Positions 1 through 7,907 of a stretch of 32,000 nt of DNA are shown piece by piece; position 1 is the first letter of the stretch, and every line of letters starts with the position of its first letter. The notes below the pieces were generated by a model. That model did no database searches. It saw nothing but the letters and a program-made list of their open reading frames with translations, and was not told the DNA's origin. The stretch lies in the sequence record MT553340.1; one strand, given 5' to 3'. The translations under genes and the position numbers were made by a program. This stretch comes from Microbacterium phage Glamour.

Positions 1-437
1 ACGTGTGGGCTGTGATCGGTGGCACCAAGTGGGTCTTGGTTGACCGAGTGCATGGTCGCTTCACCTTCACCGAGACCGTGAGCCAGGTGCAGAAGATGGC
101 CGCTCGCTGGCCTCAGACCTCCAGGGTATACGTCGAGAAGGCCGCTAACGGGGCCGCTCTCCTGAACACTCTGCGCAAGAGGGCCGCGCTCATCAAGCCT
201 GTGACGGCTGAGGGGTCCAAGGAGGTCCGAGCGCTGGCTATCCAGCCCGTGGTGGATGAAGGCAACGTTGCCATCCTCGACAGCGTGCTGGAGGCCACTG
301 ACGCTGAAGGCCGCTCGGGCCAGCTCATGCTCAGCGAGATGCGGGACTTCCCGTTCGGCAAGCACGACGACGATGTTGACGCAATGACTCAGGCCATCAG
401 CCAGGGCCGCACTGACTACTTCAAGATGGGATCATGA
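1..437 (+). CDS. Terminase large subunit, C-terminal nuclease part (5' truncated by window edge)
   Basis: Open frame from the window edge. The C-terminal motif FGKHDDDVDAMTQAI is typical of the terminase nuclease domain. It lies directly upstream of the portal. Confidence 0.85.
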   Translation, partial: VWAVIGGTKWVLVDRVHGRFTFTETVSQVQKMAARWPQTSRVYVEKAANGAALLNTLRKRAALIKPVTAEGSKEVRALAIQPVVDEGNVAILDSVLEATDAEGRSGQLMLSEMRDFPFGKHDDDVDAMTQAISQGRTDYFKMGS

Positions 438-1798
438 TCATGGAGATCGAACTCAGCACAGCAGAGGGCAACGGCATGACCTCGGTCGAGGCCTACCTCC
501 TCGCGCTCGACAGCACCACGTACACGCCGTACTACAACGGCAAGATGAGCTACAAGCTTCACGGGGCATCCTGGGAGAAGTACGTGAGTGAGGCCTTCCC
601 CGATCTGGCAGGGCAGACCACGAGCGAGAACATCTTCAAGACGGTCATCGACCTCTATGCAGAGAACCTGGTCCCCGACCAGAAGGAACTGAAGGGCTTC
701 AGCAACGTGCTGGTGCCCCTCCTCAGCCGTGGGGAGTGCCCGGTCTTGGTGGACTCGGCCGGGACTCCTCACTTCCCCGAGCGCTACGAGATGATCAGCG
801 ACGGGGAGTTCACGGTAGCCGCGCTGTTCACGCGCTCCCTCAAGACCATGACGGACAACGTGATCTTCGCTGACAGCGACGGCACCACTCGCCTGTTCAC
901 CAAGGCCATCCCCACCGACTTCAGCCAGGCCACCAAGGAGGGCTACACCTTCAAGGAGGAGGAGCACGGGGCCAGCCTGTTCCGGTTCGCGCTGGACGAC
1001 AAGGGCTTCGGTGCCATGCTCTCGGCTCTGCAGGACCGGGTGAACCACTCCATCATCGACCAGACGGTCATCGCTGAGATGTACGCTCGGCCCTTCTGGT
1101 ACCTGTTGAACGTGGACATTCCGCCGAAGAACCCGTTCCTCCCTGCTGGTGCTCAGCCCGAGCGCACAGCCATGACCGAGCACAAGGATGCTGACGCGGC
1201 TGGCCGTATCTTCACCTCCTCGGGGGAGGGACCGTTCGGACAGCTGACCCCTCCCACCATCCAGGACATGATCGCCTACCACGACAGCATCATCGACAAG
1301 ATCCCGCAGAGCTTCGGCATCCCGGCGCACTACTTCAAGCCTGGACAGGGAACCCCGCCGACTGGTGTGGCCCTGAAGGTGCTCAGCAAGCGCTTCAACA
1401 ACAAGGTCGCCCGTCTCCGCGACGACATCTACGAGACGATGGCTCTCCTCGCTGATGAGATCGGTCTCAAGCCGACCATGAAGAACGAGGACACCGGGGA
1501 GATGGAGCACGAGTTCTGGCCAGCCAGCGACGACCTCCTTCAGGAGTCCCTCGACGCTCACGGTATCGCGCTCAGCCAGATGGGCTACCCGCTGGAGTAC
1601 ATCGCCTCGGTTGTGACCCCTGGTGTCGACCTGGACGACTACGAGGAGGAGGACGCTGGCCCCGAGCTTGGCACCGACCCGAGCGCTCAGGAGCCGACCG
1701 ACATGACGGCCACGGGTCAGCAGGGTCTGGTCGCCACGCCGGGTCAGGTGGCCGCATACGGCCAGAACCCCGGCCAGCGAGCTAAGGCCACACGATGA
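434..1798 (+). CDS. Portal protein (SPP1 gp6-like)
   Basis: 454 aa ORF between terminase and the MuF-like gene. Contains portal-like segments such as IIDKIPQSFGIPAHYFKPGQGTPPTGVALKVLSKRFNNKV. Overlaps the terminase end. Confidence 0.85.
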   Translation: MIMEIELSTAEGNGMTSVEAYLLALDSTTYTPYYNGKMSYKLHGASWEKYVSEAFPDLAGQTTSENIFKTVIDLYAENLVPDQKELKGFSNVLVPLLSRGECPVLVDSAGTPHFPERYEMISDGEFTVAALFTRSLKTMTDNVIFADSDGTTRLFTKAIPTDFSQATKEGYTFKEEEHGASLFRFALDDKGFGAMLSALQDRVNHSIIDQTVIAEMYARPFWYLLNVDIPPKNPFLPAGAQPERTAMTEHKDADAAGRIFTSSGEGPFGQLTPPTIQDMIAYHDSIIDKIPQSFGIPAHYFKPGQGTPPTGVALKVLSKRFNNKVARLRDDIYETMALLADEIGLKPTMKNEDTGEMEHEFWPASDDLLQESLDAHGIALSQMGYPLEYIASVVTPGVDLDDYEEEDAGPELGTDPSAQEPTDMTATGQQGLVATPGQVAAYGQNPGQRAKATR

Positions 1799-1902
1799 GG
1801 CGCTGGCTCTGCCGACTCGGCTTCCACACCATCCACCACCTCTGCGGATCATGGGGCTGTACTCAGGTCTGCGCTCACTGCGACTACGTTAGAGAAGGAT
1901 AG
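1795..1902 (+). CDS. Small Cys/His-rich protein, 35 aa (MRRWLCRLGFHTIHHLCGSWGCTQVCAHCDYVREG)
   Basis: ATGA overlap with the portal stop. Several Cys/His residues suggest metal binding. Too short for the supplied ORF track. Confidence 0.6.
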   Translation: MRRWLCRLGFHTIHHLCGSWGCTQVCAHCDYVREG

Positions 1903-1907
1903 AACCA

Positions 1908-2624
1908 ATGCCTACCGTCCCCACCGGAAAGATGGAGCGCGAACTTCGCAAGCTCTACCTGACCTGGGTGATGGGGCTGTCCTTTGAGTCGGATGACATG
2001 GAGGCCGAGCTTCTCGAGTTCCGGCTCAAGAGTGAAGCCCTCATCAAGTCCCTCGGGGGTCGAGCCGCCGCGCTCGGTGCTCTGGGGGACTTCCCCGCGC
2101 CCAAGCTCCTCGAACTCAGCCCGTATGCTGGCAAGGTGTACGAGCAGATGCAACTAGCGGCCATCCAGGCTGGCATCATGACGGGTCTCAACTCTCGGGC
2201 CGTGGCTCAGGCCATGTTCCGGGCTGGCATGGACAAGAGCTACCGTCGGCTGGAGCGTCTGGCCCGGACTGAGACCACCAACGCGTACTGGAAGAACACC
2301 TGGTCTAGTGTGGCCAACCTTCCGGACATTGTGCTCGTGTGGGGAGCCGAGGAGAGCAAGCGCACCTGTAGGTTCTGCCTCGACCGGGACGGACTCGTGG
2401 TGGAAGACCCCACTATCCGTGACCATCCCAATGGCCGCTGTACACTCGTGCCTACTCACCGGTCGCTGGTCGAGTACAAGGGCACGCTCAGGGCCGACGG
2501 CTCGGTGTACGACGACCCTCGGTGGGGAGGGCATGGCAAGGTCACAGCACCGGCCAAGGGAGCGCCCAAGCCCACCACACCAGACACGCTCTCCGAGCCT
2601 GTACCACAGGGCAGAGGAGGGTGA
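1908..2624 (+). CDS. MuF-like minor head protein
   Basis: 238 aa. Head morphogenesis-like C-terminus (RAVAQAMFRAGMDKSYRRLERLARTETTNAYWKNTW...KRTCRFCLDRDGLVVED...HPNGRCTLVP). Follows the portal. Confidence 0.8.
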   Translation: MPTVPTGKMERELRKLYLTWVMGLSFESDDMEAELLEFRLKSEALIKSLGGRAAALGALGDFPAPKLLELSPYAGKVYEQMQLAAIQAGIMTGLNSRAVAQAMFRAGMDKSYRRLERLARTETTNAYWKNTWSSVANLPDIVLVWGAEESKRTCRFCLDRDGLVVEDPTIRDHPNGRCTLVPTHRSLVEYKGTLRADGSVYDDPRWGGHGKVTAPAKGAPKPTTPDTLSEPVPQGRGG

Positions 2625-2744
2625 TAGAGCTTCCAAGGAGGAAGATCCCAGGCCTACAGCCACTAGGCGACTCGCCAGGGAACTATCAGGTGCTTGCGTT
2701 CGCTCGCACTATCAGCTAAACTACCAGAAAGGCAGGTAGCCGAG

Positions 2745-3320
2745 ATGGCCACCACCGACACGTCGAGTGATTCGACAACCTCGCAGGATGAGACGTCCAC
2801 CGAGGACAACACCAACACCGAAGAGCAGGCCACCGAGGAGACCTCGGGTCAGGCCGCAGACGGTGACAACACTGCCGAGCAGGACGACGAGTCCAGCGAC
2901 GACGGCCAGGACGAGCAGAAGCCCGCTCCCAAGCCCAAGTCAGACCCGGCCAAGCAGGCGCTCCAGCGCGACCTCTCCTCTGAGCGGAAGGCGCACAAGG
3001 CCAGCAAGGACAAGGTCTCTGAACTCGAGACTCAGGTCGCAGAACTGACCCCCAAGGCCGAACTCGCTGAGGCATGGGAAGCCAAGTACACGCGGCTTGA
3101 AGCCTTCCTCCAGGCGCTCCCCGGCTCTGTCGGTAAGGCTCTGGACAGCATGAGCTTCACCAAGCGGCTGTTCGAGTCCGAAGACAAGATCGAGGACATC
3201 ATCAAGGACTGGAACAAGGCGAACCCCTCGGCCACATCGCAAGCTCTCGGTGCAGGTGCAGGCGACCCCTCCAAGAAGGGTCCGAGCATGAACGACATCC
3301 TCCGAGCGGCTCGCGGCTAA
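2745..3320 (+). CDS. Scaffold-like / capsid maturation protein
   Basis: Acidic low-complexity N-terminus (MATTDTSSDSTTSQDETSTEDN...), coiled-coil middle, directly upstream of capsid. Internal ATG at 2745 follows an AAAGGCAGG SD-like sequence. Confidence 0.75.
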   Translation: MATTDTSSDSTTSQDETSTEDNTNTEEQATEETSGQAADGDNTAEQDDESSDDGQDEQKPAPKPKSDPAKQALQRDLSSERKAHKASKDKVSELETQVAELTPKAELAEAWEAKYTRLEAFLQALPGSVGKALDSMSFTKRLFESEDKIEDIIKDWNKANPSATSQALGAGAGDPSKKGPSMNDILRAARG

Positions 3321-3361
3321 GACCAACACAACGGCCTCAGGGCCAGAAAGGAGTCAGTCAC

Positions 3362-4303
3362 ATGGCTGACATCACTCGTGCTGACGCGCTGGCCCTGCTG
3401 GCCCGTCAGGACATCAACGAGATCATCAAGCCCGAGGTCGCACAGTCGGTGGCCCTCGCGGCCTTCCGTACTCAGCGCATGAGTGCTGGTGTGGCCCGGA
3501 TGCCGGTCCTCGCCACGCTCCCGACTGGTGGCTGGGTGACGGATGCCAACGCGACCGACGCGACCGGCGTCAAGCCCACCTCGAAGGTCACCTGGACCGA
3601 CAAGGAGCTGATCGCCGAGGAGATCGCGGTCATCGTCCCAATCCACGAGAACACTCTCGCCGACAGCAACTTCGACATCTGGGGAGAGGTTCGTCCCCTG
3701 GTGGCTCAGGAGTTCGGTCGCATCCTGGATGCGGCTGTCTTCTTCGGCACCAACAAGCCCACCACGTGGACCGACCCGGCGCTCGTGCCCGGTGCCATCG
3801 CGGCTGGCAACGAGCAGGTCGAGGGCACCGGCGACGGCACCGAGACCGACCTCGCGGCGGACTTCAATGAGGCCTTCGGCTTCGTGGAGGACGACGGCTT
3901 CGACGTCAACGCGGCCTTCACCGGTCGCTTCCTGCGTCGCTCGCTCCGAGGTCTGCGCGACGACACCGGCCAGCCCATCTACCTGGATGGCGTCCGTGGC
4001 GACAACAACACGGCCTCGATCTACGGCCAGGACCTCCGCTACGTCAACAACCTCGGCTGGGACCGCGACGCGGCCATCGCCCTGGTCGGTGACTCCAGCA
4101 AGGTCGTGATCGGTATCCGTGAGGACTACCAGGTCAAGCTTCTCGACCAGGCCACGGTCGGCGGCATCAACCTGGCAGAGCGCGACATGATCGCACTCCG
4201 CTTCAAGTTCCGCGTCGCGTTCGCCACGGCCTACTCGACCGCCGCTGGTGAGTCGACGGACTACCCGTTCGCCGTCATCACCCCGGCCCCGGTGACGCCG
4301 TGA
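3362..4303 (+). CDS. Major capsid protein, HK97 fold
   Basis: 313 aa. Actinophage capsid-like sequence (MADITRADALALLARQDINEIIKPEVAQSVALAAFRTQRMSAGVARMPVLATLPTGGWV). Strong SD AAAGGAG. Follows the scaffold. Confidence 0.9.
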   Translation: MADITRADALALLARQDINEIIKPEVAQSVALAAFRTQRMSAGVARMPVLATLPTGGWVTDANATDATGVKPTSKVTWTDKELIAEEIAVIVPIHENTLADSNFDIWGEVRPLVAQEFGRILDAAVFFGTNKPTTWTDPALVPGAIAAGNEQVEGTGDGTETDLAADFNEAFGFVEDDGFDVNAAFTGRFLRRSLRGLRDDTGQPIYLDGVRGDNNTASIYGQDLRYVNNLGWDRDAAIALVGDSSKVVIGIREDYQVKLLDQATVGGINLAERDMIALRFKFRVAFATAYSTAAGESTDYPFAVITPAPVTP

Positions 4304-4548
4304 CCTCGGCCAGCGAGTGGATCGCCAAGCGCCGAGAGGTGAAGGCCGAAGCGGCTGAGGTCGTCAAGGCCAACGCCGAGCAGGCCAAGGCCGATCTCAA
4401 GGCCTACCGTGAGGCCAAGCGCACCGGTCGCCCCGTGGTCGCAGAGCCGGTGATCGAGCCGGACGAGACCGAGGAGCAGGGCCAGGAGGAGACTCCGAAC
4501 CAGGAGGGCAACACCTCCGACCCGGACGAGAACACCGAGTCCGAGTGA
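4300..4548 (+). CDS. Hypothetical protein, coiled coil with acidic tail
   Basis: 82 aa ORF, GTGA overlap with the capsid stop, charged helix then a Glu/Asp-rich tail. Confidence 0.6.
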   Translation: MTSASEWIAKRREVKAEAAEVVKANAEQAKADLKAYREAKRTGRPVVAEPVIEPDETEEQGQEETPNQEGNTSDPDENTESE

Positions 4549-4551
4549 CCC

Positions 4552-4588
4552 GAGAGGGGTAGGCGGCTAACACCTGTCTACCCCTCTC
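4552..4588 (+). terminator. Perfect 11-bp stem hairpin downstream of the capsid cluster (terminator or attenuator)
   Basis: GAGAGGGGTAG (4552-4562) pairs with CTACCCCTCTC (4578-4588), loop of 15 nt. No U-tract follows. Confidence 0.6.
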
Positions 4589-4608
4589 CCACACCTGAGG
4601 AGCTACTG

Positions 4609-5031
4609 ATGGCCGCGATCGACGACCTCAACTCACTGCTGGTCAACCTGCCTGGATTCTCGCTGATCAGCGAGTCCATGAAGCTGGCCGCTCTGGAGGG
4701 AGCACGCGTACCTGACAGCTTCGGCATCTGGCCGGGGGAGGATGGATACGAGCCGACGTACGACGTGTACTTCGCGGCCATCAGCCTCATCGGGTTCCTG
4801 AAGGCTCAGCCCTTCATCACCAACACCAACAGTGAGGGCACTGGGGTCACCATCCAGGCTCCCGACTGGTCGGCCCTCCTCATCTACTACTCCAGCCAGA
4901 GCATCATCGTCCAGGCCGCTGGCAATGGCGTGCTCACCAAGGTCAACATTCCGGACACTCCTCACGTGCAGAAGGTCCCGATGAACTACGGGGGTGACCG
5001 GTATGGAGATCTCGACACAGACATGGGCTGA
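4609..5031 (+). CDS. Head-tail connector / adaptor protein
   Basis: 140 aa. Position directly after the capsid cluster, SD TGAGGAG. Confidence 0.55.
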   Translation: MAAIDDLNSLLVNLPGFSLISESMKLAALEGARVPDSFGIWPGEDGYEPTYDVYFAAISLIGFLKAQPFITNTNSEGTGVTIQAPDWSALLIYYSSQSIIVQAAGNGVLTKVNIPDTPHVQKVPMNYGGDRYGDLDTDMG

Positions 5032-5413
5032 GGCCGCTAACACGCTGGCCACCGTCCTGTTCGACTCGGTGCAGATCTACGACGTCGCCGAGCCGGTCAC
5101 TACAGGTGTGGCCGTGACCCGAGCACTGACCCCTGTCGGGGAGCCGGTGCCCGGTCTGGTCCAGACCACGACTCTTGCCAACGCGGCTGAGAGTCTCACC
5201 ATCAACACGTACTCGGTCAAGGTGGCTCGTGGCACCGACATCTCTGCTGGTCAGGCTGTCAAGGTGCTGGAGTGCCAGCTAGAGCCGAGCTTGGTCGGGA
5301 AGGTGCTCCTCCTCGACAAGGTCTCCCAGAACGGGATGGCCCTGATCCGCAAGGCCGTGGCAAGCGACGCCACGGTCGTCAACCAGGAAGGGAAGGAGGT
5401 GCTGTCGGTATGA
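4994..5413 (+). CDS. Head-closure (stopper)-like protein
   Basis: 139 aa in syntenic position; short beta-rich protein. GTG start at 4994, or ATG at 5003. Confidence 0.5.
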   Translation: MTGMEISTQTWAEAANTLATVLFDSVQIYDVAEPVTTGVAVTRALTPVGEPVPGLVQTTTLANAAESLTINTYSVKVARGTDISAGQAVKVLECQLEPSLVGKVLLLDKVSQNGMALIRKAVASDATVVNQEGKEVLSV

Positions 5414-5757
5414 GCATCACGATGGGACAGCTCTCCTCCCGCTTCGCTGAGGCGGCTCAGAAGGTGCCCGAGGTCGGCGCTGACACGGTCGAGACCGTTG
5501 CCCAGATGGGGGTCGGGCTGGTCAAGCGCGAGATCCAGGGCATGCACGCGGTCGACACGGGCACGATGCTCAACAGCACCGAAGCCGAGCGAGTCCGTCC
5601 CACGACGTACCTGGTCGGCCCCACGGTCGACTACGCGGCATATGTGGCCCTCGGCACGAGCAGGATGCCAGCTCGGCCCTTCCACGTGGAAGCGGCCAAG
5701 AAGCTCTCTGCTCAGGTGGGCAAGATCGGCCTCGACGCCGAGAAGCTGGGGCTGTGA
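5410..5757 (+). CDS. Minor tail / head-tail joining protein, HK97 gp10-like
   Basis: Internal ATG at 5410 with ATGA overlap. MSITMGQLSSRFAEAAQKVPEVGADTVETVAQMGVGLVKREIQGMHAVDTGTMLNS resembles the gp10 family. Confidence 0.7.
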   Translation: MSITMGQLSSRFAEAAQKVPEVGADTVETVAQMGVGLVKREIQGMHAVDTGTMLNSTEAERVRPTTYLVGPTVDYAAYVALGTSRMPARPFHVEAAKKLSAQVGKIGLDAEKLGL

Positions 5758-5758
5758 C

Positions 5759-6127
5759 ATGAACCTCCAGAGTCTCAAGGCCACACTCGAAGCCGCTCTC
5801 GCTGGACAGGCTGAGGTGGTCGTGGGCTTCCCCAAGAGCAACGCGAAGGCTCCCTTCGTGGCCATCCGGCCGCTCGTGCTCATCGAGGGCGACGAGGGTA
5901 CGGCCATCACGGGGGACTTCATGACCCTCGACGATCAGACCTCGGCCTACTGCGCTGGAGCCAGCGTCGAGGCCAGCTACAATCTTGCACTACTCGTCAT
6001 GGGAGCTTGCCAAGCTACCCGAGTTGACGGATACGTGCTCACAACGTCCATGGGCTACTCAGGTGCCCTGGTCGAGGGACTCTACGAGTCTCAGGTAACT
6101 ATCCAACACAACCGAGGAGGCATCTGA
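5759..6127 (+). CDS. Tail terminator / tail completion protein
   Basis: Internal ATG at 5759 after TGAC. 122 aa (MNLQSLKATLEAALAGQAEVVVGFPKSNAKAPFVAIRP...), position just before the tail tube genes. Confidence 0.6.
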   Translation: MNLQSLKATLEAALAGQAEVVVGFPKSNAKAPFVAIRPLVLIEGDEGTAITGDFMTLDDQTSAYCAGASVEASYNLALLVMGACQATRVDGYVLTTSMGYSGALVEGLYESQVTIQHNRGGI

Positions 6128-6387
6128 TGTCCAACGGCATCGTCGTCGACCACAAGGAGACCGGTGTCCGGTACGCTGTCTCCGAATCCAACTTCAACCC
6201 CAAGGTGCACGAGAAAGTCCGTGACCTGAACCCCGGCGAGACCGTGCTGAGCTACGCTCCGCGACGCAAGGAGTCGTTGGGGAGCCGTGCAAGTGGTGCA
6301 GGTAGCCACGGGGCTGCTGGCGACCAGGCGGTCTCGCCCAGCGACAGCGGCAAGGACTCTCGCACCGACCCCAAGACCACCAAGTAA
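6127..6387 (+). CDS. Hypothetical protein
   Basis: 86 aa ORF in the operon, ATG overlapping the previous stop. Confidence 0.5.
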   Translation: MSNGIVVDHKETGVRYAVSESNFNPKVHEKVRDLNPGETVLSYAPRRKESLGSRASGAGSHGAAGDQAVSPSDSGKDSRTDPKTTK

Positions 6388-6402
6388 GAAAGGACTGAGA
6401 AC

Positions 6403-6897
6403 ATGGCTCTCACCCAGTGGAACCCCGCGACTCAGATCAGTCGTGGCAACGTGGCGGTCGGTGTGGCACCGGCTGTCGTCTCCCTCGATACCCCGTCGCT
6501 CACCGAGCTCGACGCGGGTATCGGTCTGGACTGCTCCATCACCACGATGAACGGCACCTCCAGCACGGACAGCGAGTCGATCGACTGGCTGTGCGACCCG
6601 GCCTCCGAACAGCTCCCCGGCTCGACGACTCACGCCATGGATGACCTGGTCATCAAGGGCACGGGTCAGGCGGACGAGGACCTCATCGCTGGCCTGAACG
6701 TCGGCGACGTGGTGTACGTGTGGCGTCGTGACGGTCTCCCCCACGAGACCGCGCTGACCGCCGGACAGCTCGTGTGGGTCTGGAAGGTCATCATCACTTC
6801 CATCGACCCGCTGGAGGCCAACAACACCTTCGTCGGCATCACTGCCCACATCACCGTCCTGGCTCGCTCCAAGACGGCTGTCGCTCTGGTCGCGTAA
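6403..6897 (+). CDS. Major tail (tube) protein
   Basis: 164 aa. C-terminus ...VWVWKVIITSIDPLEANNTFVGITAHITVLARSKTAVALVA, and position before the chaperones and tape measure. Confidence 0.75.
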   Translation: MALTQWNPATQISRGNVAVGVAPAVVSLDTPSLTELDAGIGLDCSITTMNGTSSTDSESIDWLCDPASEQLPGSTTHAMDDLVIKGTGQADEDLIAGLNVGDVVYVWRRDGLPHETALTAGQLVWVWKVIITSIDPLEANNTFVGITAHITVLARSKTAVALVA

Positions 6898-6936
6898 GCA
6901 CCGACCCTCAACCCAACATCGCCCCAAGGAGGCATC

Positions 6937-7497
6937 ATGTCATTCGCAACTTACGAGGAACTCAAGGCCGCTGTCGAAGAGCGGCGTCAGGACGTCCTGA
7001 CCGTCGAGGTGGATCTGGGAGCCAAGTACTCCCAGGAACACGAGGACGCGAAGAAGGAACTCGCTGAAGCCAACGCGCTGAAGAAGCTCGCTGGCCAGTC
7101 GTTCCTGGCCGACAACATCGCCGCGCTGGAGGAGCGTGTGGCCTCGACTCGACCCGAGCCGAAGTCCATCTGGCTCCAGTACAAGCGTCTGCCGATCTCG
7201 GCTTGGGCCATGCTCACCAAGAGCACCGGCCTGTCGGCGATCGATCAGTACGAGAAGGTGCTCCCCGAGGTCTTCATCGGAGTGTTCGGCAACGACCCCA
7301 CCGAGGAGGATGAGAACGGCAACCTGGTCCACTACGGGCTGGAGCCGCTCACCACGGATGCACGGGCTGTGAGTTCCCGGAGTGACGAGACGATCCTTCC
7401 TGGGGCGATGCTCCACCTGGTCGTGAACGCGTTCATGTCCTGGCAGAACTCGTCGGGTGAGATCTCCATCCGCCCTACGAAATCGGGCCGCGCCTAG
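6937..7497 (+). CDS. Tail assembly chaperone, upstream (G-like) frame
   Basis: 186 aa between tube and tape measure. SD AAGGAGG. Confidence 0.8.
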   Translation: MSFATYEELKAAVEERRQDVLTVEVDLGAKYSQEHEDAKKELAEANALKKLAGQSFLADNIAALEERVASTRPEPKSIWLQYKRLPISAWAMLTKSTGLSAIDQYEKVLPEVFIGVFGNDPTEEDENGNLVHYGLEPLTTDARAVSSRSDETILPGAMLHLVVNAFMSWQNSSGEISIRPTKSGRA

Positions 7498-7889
7498 CAC
7501 TCCTGCTAGACATGGCCCTAGAGTCCGGGCGACCCCCGCTTCGCCTCCTTGACGAGGGAAGCCCGGACTCTTGGCAAGAGATCGACCTGGAGGTCGTCTC
7601 ACAATGGCGTCACATGAAGGAGGTCAAGTGCTCGGGCTGTGGGCGACCGCTCTCCCAGCACTTGTACAACTCAAGACTCGGACGGGAAGAGACGGTAGAC
7701 GACTACACGGCATGGTCCCTGGAGTGCCCCGCGATGCAGGCTATCGCAGTCGGGCAGGACATGTGGAAGACGGCCAACAAGTCGGCTATCGAATCGCACC
7801 AGAAGGGGAACGGGCCAGACCCAGGGATGGGGATTTACTGGCTCAGTCAGGGTGAGGGAGAGACCCTCCCAACACCTGATCCACACTAG
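7461..7889 (+). CDS. Tail assembly chaperone frameshift extension (T-like), expressed by -1 frameshift from 6937-7497
   Basis: The -1 frame is open from 7461 (after TGA at 7458-7460) to 7889. It encodes YEIGPRLALLLDMALESGRPPLRLL...WRHMKEVKCSGCGRPLSQHLYNS...; the nominal ATG at 7512 has no SD. Confidence 0.65.
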   Translation, partial: DLHPPYEIGPRLALLLDMALESGRPPLRLLDEGSPDSWQEIDLEVVSQWRHMKEVKCSGCGRPLSQHLYNSRLGREETVDDYTAWSLECPAMQAIAVGQDMWKTANKSAIESHQKGNGPDPGMGIYWLSQGEGETLPTPDPH

Positions 7890-7907
7890 GCTTGGAAGGA
7901 GAACAGC

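Noticed and set aside
416-1852. 478-aa minus-strand ORF opposite the portal gene
   Set aside because: Mirror ORF created by high GC and strong third-position bias. The plus strand encodes a recognisable portal in an intact operon.
2632-2719. Strong SD-like AAGGAGGAAG followed by a short frame ending at 2719
   Set aside because: No ATG, GTG or TTG at suitable spacing (the next codon is ATC), so I could not support a gene.
7571-7855. 94-aa ORF in the +1 frame of the chaperone region
   Set aside because: Competes with the -1 frame, which has the coherent C-terminal chaperone-like sequence (CSGCGRPLSQH). The +1 product is Arg/Gly-rich and looks non-coding.
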